Source: Bacillales bacterium
Lineage (GTDB): Bacteria; Bacillota_I; Bacilli_A; RFN20; CAG-826
Direction of reading: 5' to 3'
NCBI GenBank assembly: GCA_052171195.1
Contig: JBQMZB010000002.1
Span: forward strand, 1,276-65,275
Length of the DNA stretch: 64,000 nt
The notes below the pieces were generated by a model. It saw nothing but the letters and a program-made list of their open reading frames with translations. It did not search any database and was not told where the DNA came from. Positions 29,243 through 39,176 of the stretch are shown here, in pieces. Position numbers and translations under genes: made by a program. Positions within the stretch are counted from its first letter, which is position 1, and the number at the start of each line of letters is the position of its first letter.

Positions 29243-30997
29243 ATGAGCAGTGGTTTTCAATCTCCAATTACAATTAAAGATGCAATAGATAACATCCATA
29301 ATAGACGATTTTTATTACCGGCAATTCAAAGAAAATTTACTTGGTCAAGTAATCAAATTGAGATGCTGTTTGATAGTATTATGCATGGATATCCGATTAA
29401 TTCTTTTATGTTTTGGAAGATAACAGATAATAAAATTAAAAGTGACTATAAATTCTATGAGTTTATAACTAGATATAGAGAATTTTTTTCGGAAAATAAT
29501 AGCGATATTGATACAAAGGGAGTTCCTGATTTCAAAGCAGTCATTGATGGACAACAAAGATTAACAAGCTTATACATTGGCTTAAGAGGTAGTTATGCAT
29601 ATAAAATGCCTAGAAAATGGTGGAAAGATACAGAAGAATGCATTCCTACTAGAGAATTATATTTAAATTTAATTTCACCTATAAATCAAGAATATGATAA
29701 TCAAAAGGAATTTGATTTTAGGTTTCTGTCAAAATTAGATTTAGAGAAATTCGATAAAGATAAAGATACATATTTTTGGTTTAGAGTCGGTGAAGTGTTA
29801 GACCTAGATACTATAAATAAAGTTTATAAATATCTAAATGATAATAAACTAATGGATAATAATTATTCTTCGTATACATTAGTTCAATTATTTCAAGTCA
29901 TTCATAATGACAAGTTAATAAATTATTATCTACAAGAAGAACAAGAAGCTGATAAAGTGCTTGAAATTTTTATTAGGACTAATAGTGGAGGGACACCATT
30001 ATCTTTTTCAGATTTACTTATGTCTATTGCTTCTGCTAATTGGAAACAGATAGATGCTCGTAAGGAAATAGAAAAATTAGTAGAGGAAGTTTATATAATT
30101 GGGCGTCCTGGTTTTATTATTGATAAAGATTTTGTTTTAAAAACTTGTTTAGTGCTCTTTATAGATGATATAAAGTTTAAATTAAAAAATTTTACACATG
30201 AAAATGTTAATGAATTTGAAAATAATTGGGGTAGAGTAAGACAAAGCATAATTGCAGCATTTTCTTTATTCGAATCTTTAGGATTTAATGATAAAACTTT
30301 TAGAGCAAAAAATGCAGCAATTCCAGTAATATATTATATCTACTATAACAATCTAGAAACATCTATTTCTAGTCCAATCTACAAGAATAAAAAAGATAAA
30401 GATAGAATAGCAAAATGGTTAATACTTACGTTTATTAAGTCGGTATTCGGTGGACAAACCGATACCGTTCTAAAGAAAATGAGAGATGTTTTAAAGGAAA
30501 ATTTAAATAAGGACTTTCCGGATAAAGAACTAATGAATGCTTTTAAAAATGATCCAGCAAGAAATTATAGTTTTGATGACGAATTTATAGATGGTTTATT
30601 AGAAGCAGAGAAAGATTCAAATAATGCATATTATATATTGCATTTAATGTATTCGAATTTGGATTTTTCAAACCAAGATTTTCATCAAGACCATTTACAT
30701 CCATCAACCATTTTCACTGACGAGAAAAAGTTTAATAAGTTCATTCCATGTGAAGTACAAGATTTTGCTAAGAAAAGAGAAAACTGGAATGGAGTTGCTA
30801 ATTTACAATTATTAAATGGAAGGCAAAATGAATCTAAGAATGCTAAGTCTCTTAAAGAATGGGCTTATTCGGAAAATAAAACACATGATGATTTATTTCT
30901 ATCTGATGGAATTAGTTTGGAAATAAAAGATTTTAAAGATTTTATTATTGATAGAAAAACAAATATAAAAAAATATATTAAAAGTATTATTGGATAG
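29243..30997 (+). CDS. GmrSD-family type IV (modification-dependent) restriction endonuclease, DUF262 + DUF1524
   Basis: N-terminal DUF262 motifs LPAIQRKFTW and DGQQRLTS; C-terminal DUF1524/HNH-like block HQDHLHPST...NLQLLNGRQNESKNAK. Confidence 0.8.
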   Translation: MSSGFQSPITIKDAIDNIHNRRFLLPAIQRKFTWSSNQIEMLFDSIMHGYPINSFMFWKITDNKIKSDYKFYEFITRYREFFSENNSDIDTKGVPDFKAVIDGQQRLTSLYIGLRGSYAYKMPRKWWKDTEECIPTRELYLNLISPINQEYDNQKEFDFRFLSKLDLEKFDKDKDTYFWFRVGEVLDLDTINKVYKYLNDNKLMDNNYSSYTLVQLFQVIHNDKLINYYLQEEQEADKVLEIFIRTNSGGTPLSFSDLLMSIASANWKQIDARKEIEKLVEEVYIIGRPGFIIDKDFVLKTCLVLFIDDIKFKLKNFTHENVNEFENNWGRVRQSIIAAFSLFESLGFNDKTFRAKNAAIPVIYYIYYNNLETSISSPIYKNKKDKDRIAKWLILTFIKSVFGGQTDTVLKKMRDVLKENLNKDFPDKELMNAFKNDPARNYSFDDEFIDGLLEAEKDSNNAYYILHLMYSNLDFSNQDFHQDHLHPSTIFTDEKKFNKFIPCEVQDFAKKRENWNGVANLQLLNGRQNESKNAKSLKEWAYSENKTHDDLFLSDGISLEIKDFKDFIIDRKTNIKKYIKSIIG

Positions 30998-31426
30998 TTA
31001 AATTATCATCAGACATAGTCCAAAGAAACATCCGCAGCCCAATTGTACATTCATATTTTAAAATTAATAACATGCTACAAAAAAGATAATTTGAGTCATG
31101 TATCAACTCGAATTATCTGGCCAGCAATACATAAAATCTAATTAATCATTCAAACATCATATCTTCTTGTCAGTGCACCATTAATGATGCTCTATTTGTC
31201 ATGCAATTTTAATGTGTTGATTACGATGATGTAGTCATCGCCACTATATTCAAAACATTTCTGTTTTAAAAACTTATTATTGACTTTTTCTAATAGTTAG
31301 TCTCATATTAAGGATACACCATTGAGACATTTTCAATTGATAATCACAATTTAGAAATAAAACTTCTATCAATTATTGATTATTCTCTCAAAATTGATTA
31401 TAATTTACGAGAAAGGATTAATAATT

Positions 31427-32476
31427 ATGAGAAAATTTGATTATTCTAAATTAAAATATCAAGTATGGGATTCTTCAATAATTAATAAAATTGCGCATAT
31501 TCATGAGCTAAAAGGAAGACAAGAACTTTATTTGTCACAAAAACCAGTAGAATTAAATAAATTAGTAGAACTTGTTAAAATTCAAAGTACTGAAGCAAGT
31601 AACGCTATTGAAGGTATAAGAACTACTGATACAAGATTAAAAAAGATTGTTAATGAAATAATAATTCCTAAGAATAGAAATGAAAAAGAAATAGCAGGAT
31701 ATCGAGATGCATTAAACACAATTCATTCAAGTTTTGAATATATTCCATTAACTCCTAACTATATATTACAATTACATCAAATATTATATAGTAAAAATGA
31801 TGAAGTATCATATGGTGGTAAATTTAAAAATACTCAGAATTATATAAGTGCCACTGATAAAAAAGGCAATTTATTTACTTTATTTACTCCAATGTCTCCA
31901 TTTGAAACTCCAATAGCTATTCAAGCATTATGCGATGAATATAATAAAGCTATCGAAAGAAAAGAAGTAGACCCATTAATTTTAATTCCAATATTTATAC
32001 ATGATTTTTTGTGTATTCATCCATTTAACGATGGGAACGGAAGAATGTCTAGATTACTTACTACACTTTTATTATATCGTTCAGGTTATTATGTTGGTAA
32101 ATATATATCACTAGAATTAAAAATTTCTGAACTTAAAGATTTATATTATGATTCGTTATATGAATCACAAATAGGTTGGCATGAAGAAAATGATAATCCA
32201 GCTCCATTTGTAAACTATATATTAAGTATAATTTCAATGGCTTATGATGATTTTGAAAATAAAGTAGAGGTAGTTACTAAAAAACTTAGTGCATATGATA
32301 CTGTTAAAAAAGCAATAGATATGAAACTTGGTAAAATTACTAAATCAGATGTAGCAGAATTATGTCCATTATTATCATTAAGTTCAATTGAAAAAGTATT
32401 AGCTAAAATGGTAGAAGAAGGAAGACTTGAAAAAGGTGGTTCAGGTAAGAATTCATTCTATATTATAAAACTATAA
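31427..32476 (+). CDS. Fic-family protein (AMPylase/adenylyltransferase) with C-terminal winged-helix
   Basis: Fic motif HPFNDGNGRMSRLL (HPFx[DE]GNGRxxR); RBS GAAAGGA before the ATG at 31427. Confidence 0.85.
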   Translation: MRKFDYSKLKYQVWDSSIINKIAHIHELKGRQELYLSQKPVELNKLVELVKIQSTEASNAIEGIRTTDTRLKKIVNEIIIPKNRNEKEIAGYRDALNTIHSSFEYIPLTPNYILQLHQILYSKNDEVSYGGKFKNTQNYISATDKKGNLFTLFTPMSPFETPIAIQALCDEYNKAIERKEVDPLILIPIFIHDFLCIHPFNDGNGRMSRLLTTLLLYRSGYYVGKYISLELKISELKDLYYDSLYESQIGWHEENDNPAPFVNYILSIISMAYDDFENKVEVVTKKLSAYDTVKKAIDMKLGKITKSDVAELCPLLSLSSIEKVLAKMVEEGRLEKGGSGKNSFYIIKL

Positions 32477-33300
32477 CTTTAACTTATTAATACTTTACAT
32501 TTTCGAGATGACTCTCCGCTTCAAGAAACCGAGACGTTATATAAATTAGAAATTTTATAATCATTTAAAATAAATTTAACATCAACTTGTACTTTTCACT
32601 TGTATTTTTGGTGTACAGTATAATTTTATCTAATTTTTCTTTATTTATTTTATTTTATATAAATTGATATTGATTAGTTTGGATGTTTTTTTTAATTAGA
32701 ATATCAAGAAACAGTTTTGCTAATTAATCTAGCATTTTACGATAGAAAAGATATTGATTTAAATATATGTTTATTTTGTACATTTGTTATATGTAATACT
32801 TTTGACTTTATTATATATAACACTTTTTAAGCATAAAATACAAATATTTATTACCACTTAAATTAATATAAGTGGAAAATACCCAAGTTTTAAATAAAAT
32901 AGTAAATATTATAAGAATATTTTTAATTTTACATAAACATATAAAATTAAAATATGCTACAATAATTATGCGCAATGAGAATATTTCTGGGTGTAGATCC
33001 TTCGTTGCGCAAAACTATAGGTATACCCCCTTTTTTATTGATGAACAGCATGTCTACAATTATTACTAAAATAACTTGTGTATTTTCTAATTTTTATTGT
33101 ATACTATAAATGCGCAACGAAGATAACCACGTCATATGGTTCCACCCAAAAAGGTCTAAATAATTAGATCTGAGTAGGATTATGTATACCGATAGTACGA
33201 CGAACGTACTGAAATGAAAGAAGATTATTATTTAATAACAGGGATAATTCTATCTGTTTTACGTTCTTTATCATTTCAATTAGAAAGGAGTATAAGAAAA

Positions 33301-34007
33301 TGAAATACTAATTTTTTGATTTAGAGTGTTCTAATTGTTTTGGAGGTAATAATAAGGTATGTGAATTTGGTGCTATTGTTACAGATGAAAATTTTAAGAT
33401 TGTTAAAAAAATTGATTTACCGATGAATCCTGGTAAAGGTAAATCGTGCAGATTTGATACTTCTATATATAAAAGAAACCCAGGTTTTAAGTGGGCTTAT
33501 GATTTTGATTATTATTTTAATAGTCCTAAGTTTCCTGAATTCTACAAACAAATTAAAAACATTATGGAAGATAAAGATACTGTTGTGTTTGGATATGCTG
33601 TAGATAATGATATTAGATATCTAAATAGTGCTTGTATGCAATATAATCTGAAACCTATATCTTATATTGCATACGATGTTAAATTAATTAAAGAATCTTG
33701 TTTTAAAAAGAAACAAAAAGTTAAAGGTTTAAAAGGAGCTTTTTTAGAATTGTGCGGGTTGAAAAAGTTATTTAGCTTGACACCACATCTTTCTATAGAT
33801 GATTCTAAGATGACGATGATGATTTTTAAGCAAATCTGCAAAAATATGACAATTTCTGTAGTTGAAATTTTAGATTTATGTAATAACTGCAAAATAGATT
33901 CTATTAAATATATAGAAAAATATGAAATACAACAAAAGGAAAAATTATTACATCCAGAAAAATATATTAAAAAAAGAAAAATAAATACAAATTGTAAAAC
34001 CGCTTGA
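33301..34007 (+). pseudogene. DnaQ-like DEDDh 3'-5' exonuclease gene interrupted by an in-frame TAA at codon 4 (or using an unidentified non-canonical start)
   Basis: ATG 33301 with RBS GAAAGGAG, then MKY-TAA-FFDLECSN (Exo I DxE), YAVDNDIRYL (Exo II), HLSIDDSKM (Exo III H-x4-D), all in one frame with the ORF-track ORF 33423..34007. Confidence 0.55.
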
Positions 34008-34267
34008 AAAACTTCTACAAAGATTATTAGCAATATTAGATATTAAAAATAACAATTATATCTAATAAGTTAAAATCAGTAGAAAAAAGCGAATATAACG
34101 CTAGATTATCTAAAAAATAATAATCTATCCACTTATAATCAAGCTCCTGATTTTAACTATTTATTTGAATTAAATGATAGTAAAAATAGGTAATTATCTA
34201 AACTTAAATATATATTTATGATTTAAATTAGTATATCCCAAGATTTAATATAAGGAAGGAATAAATT

Positions 34268-36781
34268 ATGAACTTAGAGTTTAATCTAAAATTATCTTCA
34301 TATAAAGATATTAATGAAGATTTCTTAAATATACTTCGTGATGATGAATATCATGATGTTAAAATATCAACAACTAAAAAAAATATTGAAATAGATAAAA
34401 AAGATTCGAGGTATATCAGCTCTCTAAAAAATGTTAAAATTATTTATAAAAAAGAAGATGGTGGTATTCTTATTTTAATTGGAAACCTTCAATGTGATTT
34501 TAAAGATCCGTTTGGTGGAGCTTTCTTTTTAAAAAAATATGTACAAGAAACTACTGAATTTGAAGATGTAAAAGGAGTTAATGCTAAATTAAAATTTGGT
34601 AATATGTATTTTCCAACATCAATAGAATATATGCGAGATTATATGCAAGATTTGGTAGAAGATCCTAATTTTGAATTTAACATAAGTCAATTTGATGAAT
34701 TTATGGAAATTTTTGAATTCTATAAAAAACTATCTGATGAATTAAATAATAATTTTTCTTATAAAATTAATGGTATTTCTAAAGAATATTACTTTATCCA
34801 ACCTAATGTAAAAGAATTTGACTCTAATTCGGTAAAAGAAGTAAAAGATCAAAATGGAGTTATCAAAGGATATAAAATAGATAATAGTGACTATGTTCTT
34901 TTAAAAAATTATGTCAAAGATCAAGTTAAAGAACTTGTAGATATAAGAATTTCTGGTGGAGCAGATGAAATATCGAGAATAAGAAGAGTTGGTCTAGATA
35001 ATATCTATCTAAGCAATTCCTCAAGAGTTAGTGAAAAAGAAGTTAAATATTTAAAACAGTTCATAATTTATAATATTGTTATTATGAAAAATGAAGTTGT
35101 AATTTCTGGTGAATTAAAATCATCAGCAGATTACAAAGAACGATATGAATATTTAAATCTATATGATATGGGGCAAAAGATAAAAATTGAATCTGTTGAC
35201 AATTCGTTAAGATTAATTAATCAAGGTGCAACTGGCGCTGCTTCAAATTTATTACAATATTTAATTGGTGATGTTAAAATGCCAAATAATATTCATAGAA
35301 CAAGTAAGATTAAAGAAAAATATATGGAAGGTTTAAATGAATCTCAAAGAAAAGCTTTCTTAATGTCTATTGATGGGAGCCCAGTATCACTTATTAAAGG
35401 TCCTCCAGGAACAGGTAAAACACATGTAATAAACTCAATTGTTCAATATATAACAAAAGAATTGGGTGAAAAGGTTATCATATCATCTCAAACTCATATT
35501 GCAATTGATAATGTCTTAGATAAATTGGTGGAAAACTACGATTTAATTATTCCGAATAGAATTACAAACAGAAGAAATAAATATAGTGGTGACTATATTG
35601 ATGATACATTATATAAAATTTGGGGAGTAAATTTTTTTAAATATAATGCAAAATGTTCAGATTTAAAGTTAAAGAAAAATATGGAAGAATCTGTTATAAA
35701 ATTTGATGGTGAAAAAAAATTCTCATATTCAGAAACAAATGAAAGATGTGATTTTTCTGTTATAGGAGCTACAACAACTACTAGCGCAATAGCTGGAAAA
35801 AAAGGGTTAGAAGTTCTTAAAGGTTTTGATTGGTTAATTATAGATGAAGTTTCAAAATGTCCAATTACAGAAGTATTACGATACATTCCTTATGTAAATA
35901 GAATAATTATGGTCGGTGATGATTTCCAATTAGCGCCTTTACTTGAATTTTCTAAAGAAGATGTGAAAGGATTACCATCATATAACGAAGAATTATTTCA
36001 AAAACTTCAAACAATCTATGAACAATCTGTTTTTTCAAAAGTACTTAATAAGGCTAAAGATTCAAATAGATTAGTATTACTAAATGAAAACTATAGGTCA
36101 GTTAATCAAGTATTAAAAACATACAATGTGTTTTATGATGGTGCTCTCAAAGGAAAAAGAGAAGATATATGCCCTTCAAAAGTTCATATATATCAATCTG
36201 GAGATATAGATTATGATTCAAAAGATGTAATGTTTGTTGAAGTGGTTGGAGGACAAGAAGTTAAAGAAGGTACATCAAGAGTTAACGTTCAAGAAATTGA
36301 AGCCACTGCTTATATATTAAAAGATTTAATAAAATACACTATTAACCCTGAAAAAGTTACCGTTTCTGCAATATTCCCGTATGCTGCACAAATTAATCAC
36401 TTTCATAAAAATAATATTCAACTAATTAATCAAGCTAAGAAAGTATTTAAATCTTTCGAGATTGACACTATTGATGCTTTCCAAGGAAAAGAAACAGATA
36501 TAGTTCTTGTTAATACCGTTGTTGCAGATTCATCACAAAAAAACTTTTTAAATGATTTTAGACGAATTAATGTTTCTATGTCAAGAGCGAGAGATAAGTT
36601 AATATTATTTGGAAACAGTATGGTACTTAAAAAGATAAAGATGAAAATAAATGGTGGTCATGAAAGACAATATTTTGAGCAAATAATCAATTATATTTCA
36701 TCACATGGCAATTTTATTAGATATGAAGGAGGAAATGTTAATAGTGGAAATACACGCAAAAGTAAGATTAAACTTGCCTAA
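34268..36781 (+). CDS. Upf1/DNA2-like superfamily-1 helicase with about 370 aa N-terminal domain of unknown function
   Basis: Motif I GPPGTGKTH, Ia SSQTHIAIDNV, II LIIDEVSK, then DAFQGKETDIVLV and VSMSRARDKLILFG (motifs V/VI of Upf1-like helicases); no similarity recognised in the N-terminal third. Confidence 0.8.
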   Translation: MNLEFNLKLSSYKDINEDFLNILRDDEYHDVKISTTKKNIEIDKKDSRYISSLKNVKIIYKKEDGGILILIGNLQCDFKDPFGGAFFLKKYVQETTEFEDVKGVNAKLKFGNMYFPTSIEYMRDYMQDLVEDPNFEFNISQFDEFMEIFEFYKKLSDELNNNFSYKINGISKEYYFIQPNVKEFDSNSVKEVKDQNGVIKGYKIDNSDYVLLKNYVKDQVKELVDIRISGGADEISRIRRVGLDNIYLSNSSRVSEKEVKYLKQFIIYNIVIMKNEVVISGELKSSADYKERYEYLNLYDMGQKIKIESVDNSLRLINQGATGAASNLLQYLIGDVKMPNNIHRTSKIKEKYMEGLNESQRKAFLMSIDGSPVSLIKGPPGTGKTHVINSIVQYITKELGEKVIISSQTHIAIDNVLDKLVENYDLIIPNRITNRRNKYSGDYIDDTLYKIWGVNFFKYNAKCSDLKLKKNMEESVIKFDGEKKFSYSETNERCDFSVIGATTTTSAIAGKKGLEVLKGFDWLIIDEVSKCPITEVLRYIPYVNRIIMVGDDFQLAPLLEFSKEDVKGLPSYNEELFQKLQTIYEQSVFSKVLNKAKDSNRLVLLNENYRSVNQVLKTYNVFYDGALKGKREDICPSKVHIYQSGDIDYDSKDVMFVEVVGGQEVKEGTSRVNVQEIEATAYILKDLIKYTINPEKVTVSAIFPYAAQINHFHKNNIQLINQAKKVFKSFEIDTIDAFQGKETDIVLVNTVVADSSQKNFLNDFRRINVSMSRARDKLILFGNSMVLKKIKMKINGGHERQYFEQIINYISSHGNFIRYEGGNVNSGNTRKSKIKLA

Positions 36782-38192
36782 AACTTTGTATAAATTAACT
36801 TTAAAATACAATACTTTTGAAAAAGCTACATATGATTCGTATATAATTGCTTGTTTAGTTGCAAATACTAAAAAAGAAGAACAAGCTTATAAATATATAG
36901 ATGAAATTACAGGTAAAGGATCATTAAATTCTCATTTTAAAAAGCTATATGATAGTATTTCGAAATTTACAAAAGATCAGATAAATGATATTCTTGTAAA
37001 TTCCTTATTTCCAATCACTGTTATAAATAAAGAACATTGTTTTGAGTACTATCAAATATTTGATGTAACAAAAATGGGGAACAAAGTCTATGAAGGGAAT
37101 CTTATTGACAACCTAGAAGATATTAGAAAAATAATTTTACCTGTTGATAAAGATATTAAATTTGTAAGTTTAGATTATATTCAAGAAGATGGTGAATTAA
37201 AACGTGATAATTACAACGCGATATTTAGTAAAGAAGGAATAAAAGTTGATCTTTTAGATGGAAAGTATTGTTCAATAAGTAAGGAAGATTTTTCTACTGT
37301 ATATAAAAATGATATTGATACATTAGATGGTTATTTAGGATCTATAGGAGAAACTATATCTGATGGAAACTGGAATGTCCTTTCTAAAGAAATTATAAAT
37401 ACTTTTAAAAATGAACGATATAAATTTAACGATTCTAAAGGTAGACATTGTGTTTTAACAAATGATTTTATTAAAACGTACGAAATTATCAAGGTATTTG
37501 ATTTGTATTTTTACAAACGAAACAAATTTATGTTCGATAAAAATAGTAAAGCACTTTGTGAAGATGCGGTAGAATATCTTTTCAGCTCTAAAAATATCAA
37601 CGAATATAAAACAAAATATTTAATAAACTTATTATCTTATGTTGATGATAAAATTAAACAACAAGTTGTTCAGTATATATTAGATAGAAAAGATTCTAAA
37701 GAAATAAGCCAACTCGGATTAAGTTTAATTAAATCAGGTTTAGAAAAGGGATGGGAAAAAGATATTCTTATTTCAATTAAGAAACAAATTTCATCATCAG
37801 ACTTACAATATCTTTATAGATTAAATAAAGATTTAGGATTTGAAGTAGAGGATTTACTTAATATTGATAAAACCGATCTAAACGAAGAAGACTTAAAGAA
37901 AATAAACAAATATTTATGCGACAAAGAAAATATATTAAGACAAATAAATTTATGGATTGGTGAAATTACGAATTCAGGTATTAGAGAACAGATTAAAGCT
38001 TTAAAAAAATCTGATCTTAAAATTAGAGTTAAAAAATTTGTTGATAAGCGTACTGGACATAATAAGTTAGATTATAAAAGTATGGATATGAATAGACTTA
38101 AAAAAGAATATGAAGAAATTAAATACTTCTATAATGAAGATTTTAATTTAATTAAAAAAGAAATTTCAAAACTAAATGTGCATTCTGTATAA
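36705..38192 (+). CDS. Hypothetical protein, partner 2 of the helicase module (overlaps the helicase 3' end)
   Basis: 495 aa ORF overlapping the helicase stop by about 75 nt; strong AAGGAGG inside the overlap, so the real start is probably at about 36717-36729; no recognisable domain. Confidence 0.5.
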   Translation: MAILLDMKEEMLIVEIHAKVRLNLPKTLYKLTLKYNTFEKATYDSYIIACLVANTKKEEQAYKYIDEITGKGSLNSHFKKLYDSISKFTKDQINDILVNSLFPITVINKEHCFEYYQIFDVTKMGNKVYEGNLIDNLEDIRKIILPVDKDIKFVSLDYIQEDGELKRDNYNAIFSKEGIKVDLLDGKYCSISKEDFSTVYKNDIDTLDGYLGSIGETISDGNWNVLSKEIINTFKNERYKFNDSKGRHCVLTNDFIKTYEIIKVFDLYFYKRNKFMFDKNSKALCEDAVEYLFSSKNINEYKTKYLINLLSYVDDKIKQQVVQYILDRKDSKEISQLGLSLIKSGLEKGWEKDILISIKKQISSSDLQYLYRLNKDLGFEVEDLLNIDKTDLNEEDLKKINKYLCDKENILRQINLWIGEITNSGIREQIKALKKSDLKIRVKKFVDKRTGHNKLDYKSMDMNRLKKEYEEIKYFYNEDFNLIKKEISKLNVHSV

Positions 38193-38387
38193 AATGATAC
38201 TTATAATAATTAATAAATAACAACCTTAATAAAAACGTTGTTTAAATTTTACATCATTGATGTATTGTATTACATTGTTCTATAACAAATGATAAAATAT
38301 TATATAATATATTTAATAATTATATTTCTTTAATTATAATTTATTAAGAAATAATAAATAAATAAATAAATACAAAAGGAAATTATT

Positions 38388-39176
38388 ATGATTACATGTG
38401 AACCAACTAAAAATTTATCAGGAATAATTGTCAGAGGTACTATGGATGATTTTGAAGAATTAGTTGATAGTATCCATAGAATGGCCATAGGTGATGTTCT
38501 TGAAAAACCTAAAAATATTGATTATTATTACGAAATAAAAAATAGACTATTAGGTTTATGCTACGATATTAGAAAAGCTGCGATGGGACATAGGGATGTA
38601 GAACTTGTTGACGTACATTTCAGCGAATTTTTAAATGTATATAATAAAAATAAATTACCTAAGAAAGAAATATATTTTTCATTTAATATTATAATTACAG
38701 AGGCTTTATTTCTTGCATTAGCTGTACCTGAAATTTATCAAAGACAACGTTTATGTTACAGTGGATTCCCTAAAAGTATTCCTCCAAAATATAATTTAAA
38801 AGCACCTGAATGTTATCTTTTTTACAAAGATAGAGCATTAATTAATTCGTTATTAACTAAATTCCTTGTTGTTATCGGTAAAATACTTGGAGAAGAAGAA
38901 TTTTATAAGTTGTATAGTAAATTAGATTATGATTATATGTATATTTTTCATGATTATTTTACACCTTATGTTGATAAATGTAATTTAGAGTATTTAAATA
39001 CTCCATATGAAAAAAGAAAAACAAAACTTAAGCATATTATGAAGAGATTTATGAGGAATAATGAATCTTATATATCATTTAAAAATAAATTTGAATATCT
39101 AGCCAGAATAGATAAATGTAATGTAAATGATTTAAGCCAGTACTATTTCATTTATCCTTATGTTATAGAATGGTAA
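38388..39176 (+). CDS. Hypothetical protein, partner 3 of the helicase module
   Basis: 262 aa ORF with RBS AAAGGAAA; one internal hydrophobic helix; no recognisable domain. Confidence 0.5.
   Translation: MITCEPTKNLSGIIVRGTMDDFEELVDSIHRMAIGDVLEKPKNIDYYYEIKNRLLGLCYDIRKAAMGHRDVELVDVHFSEFLNVYNKNKLPKKEIYFSFNIIITEALFLALAVPEIYQRQRLCYSGFPKSIPPKYNLKAPECYLFYKDRALINSLLTKFLVVIGKILGEEEFYKLYSKLDYDYMYIFHDYFTPYVDKCNLEYLNTPYEKRKTKLKHIMKRFMRNNESYISFKNKFEYLARIDKCNVNDLSQYYFIYPYVIEW

Noticed and set aside
32872-33069. 65 aa ORF in the GC-rich spacer of the island
   Set aside because: No RBS, and it runs straight through the 12-bp inverted repeat and palindrome, so the region is more plausibly non-coding.
38215-38250. 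Terminator after the 495 aa module gene
   Set aside because: Only a 6-bp stem (AACAAC/GTTGTT) with a 13-nt loop and a weak T-tail, so it is not convincing. The two downstream module genes may be co-transcribed or separately promoted.
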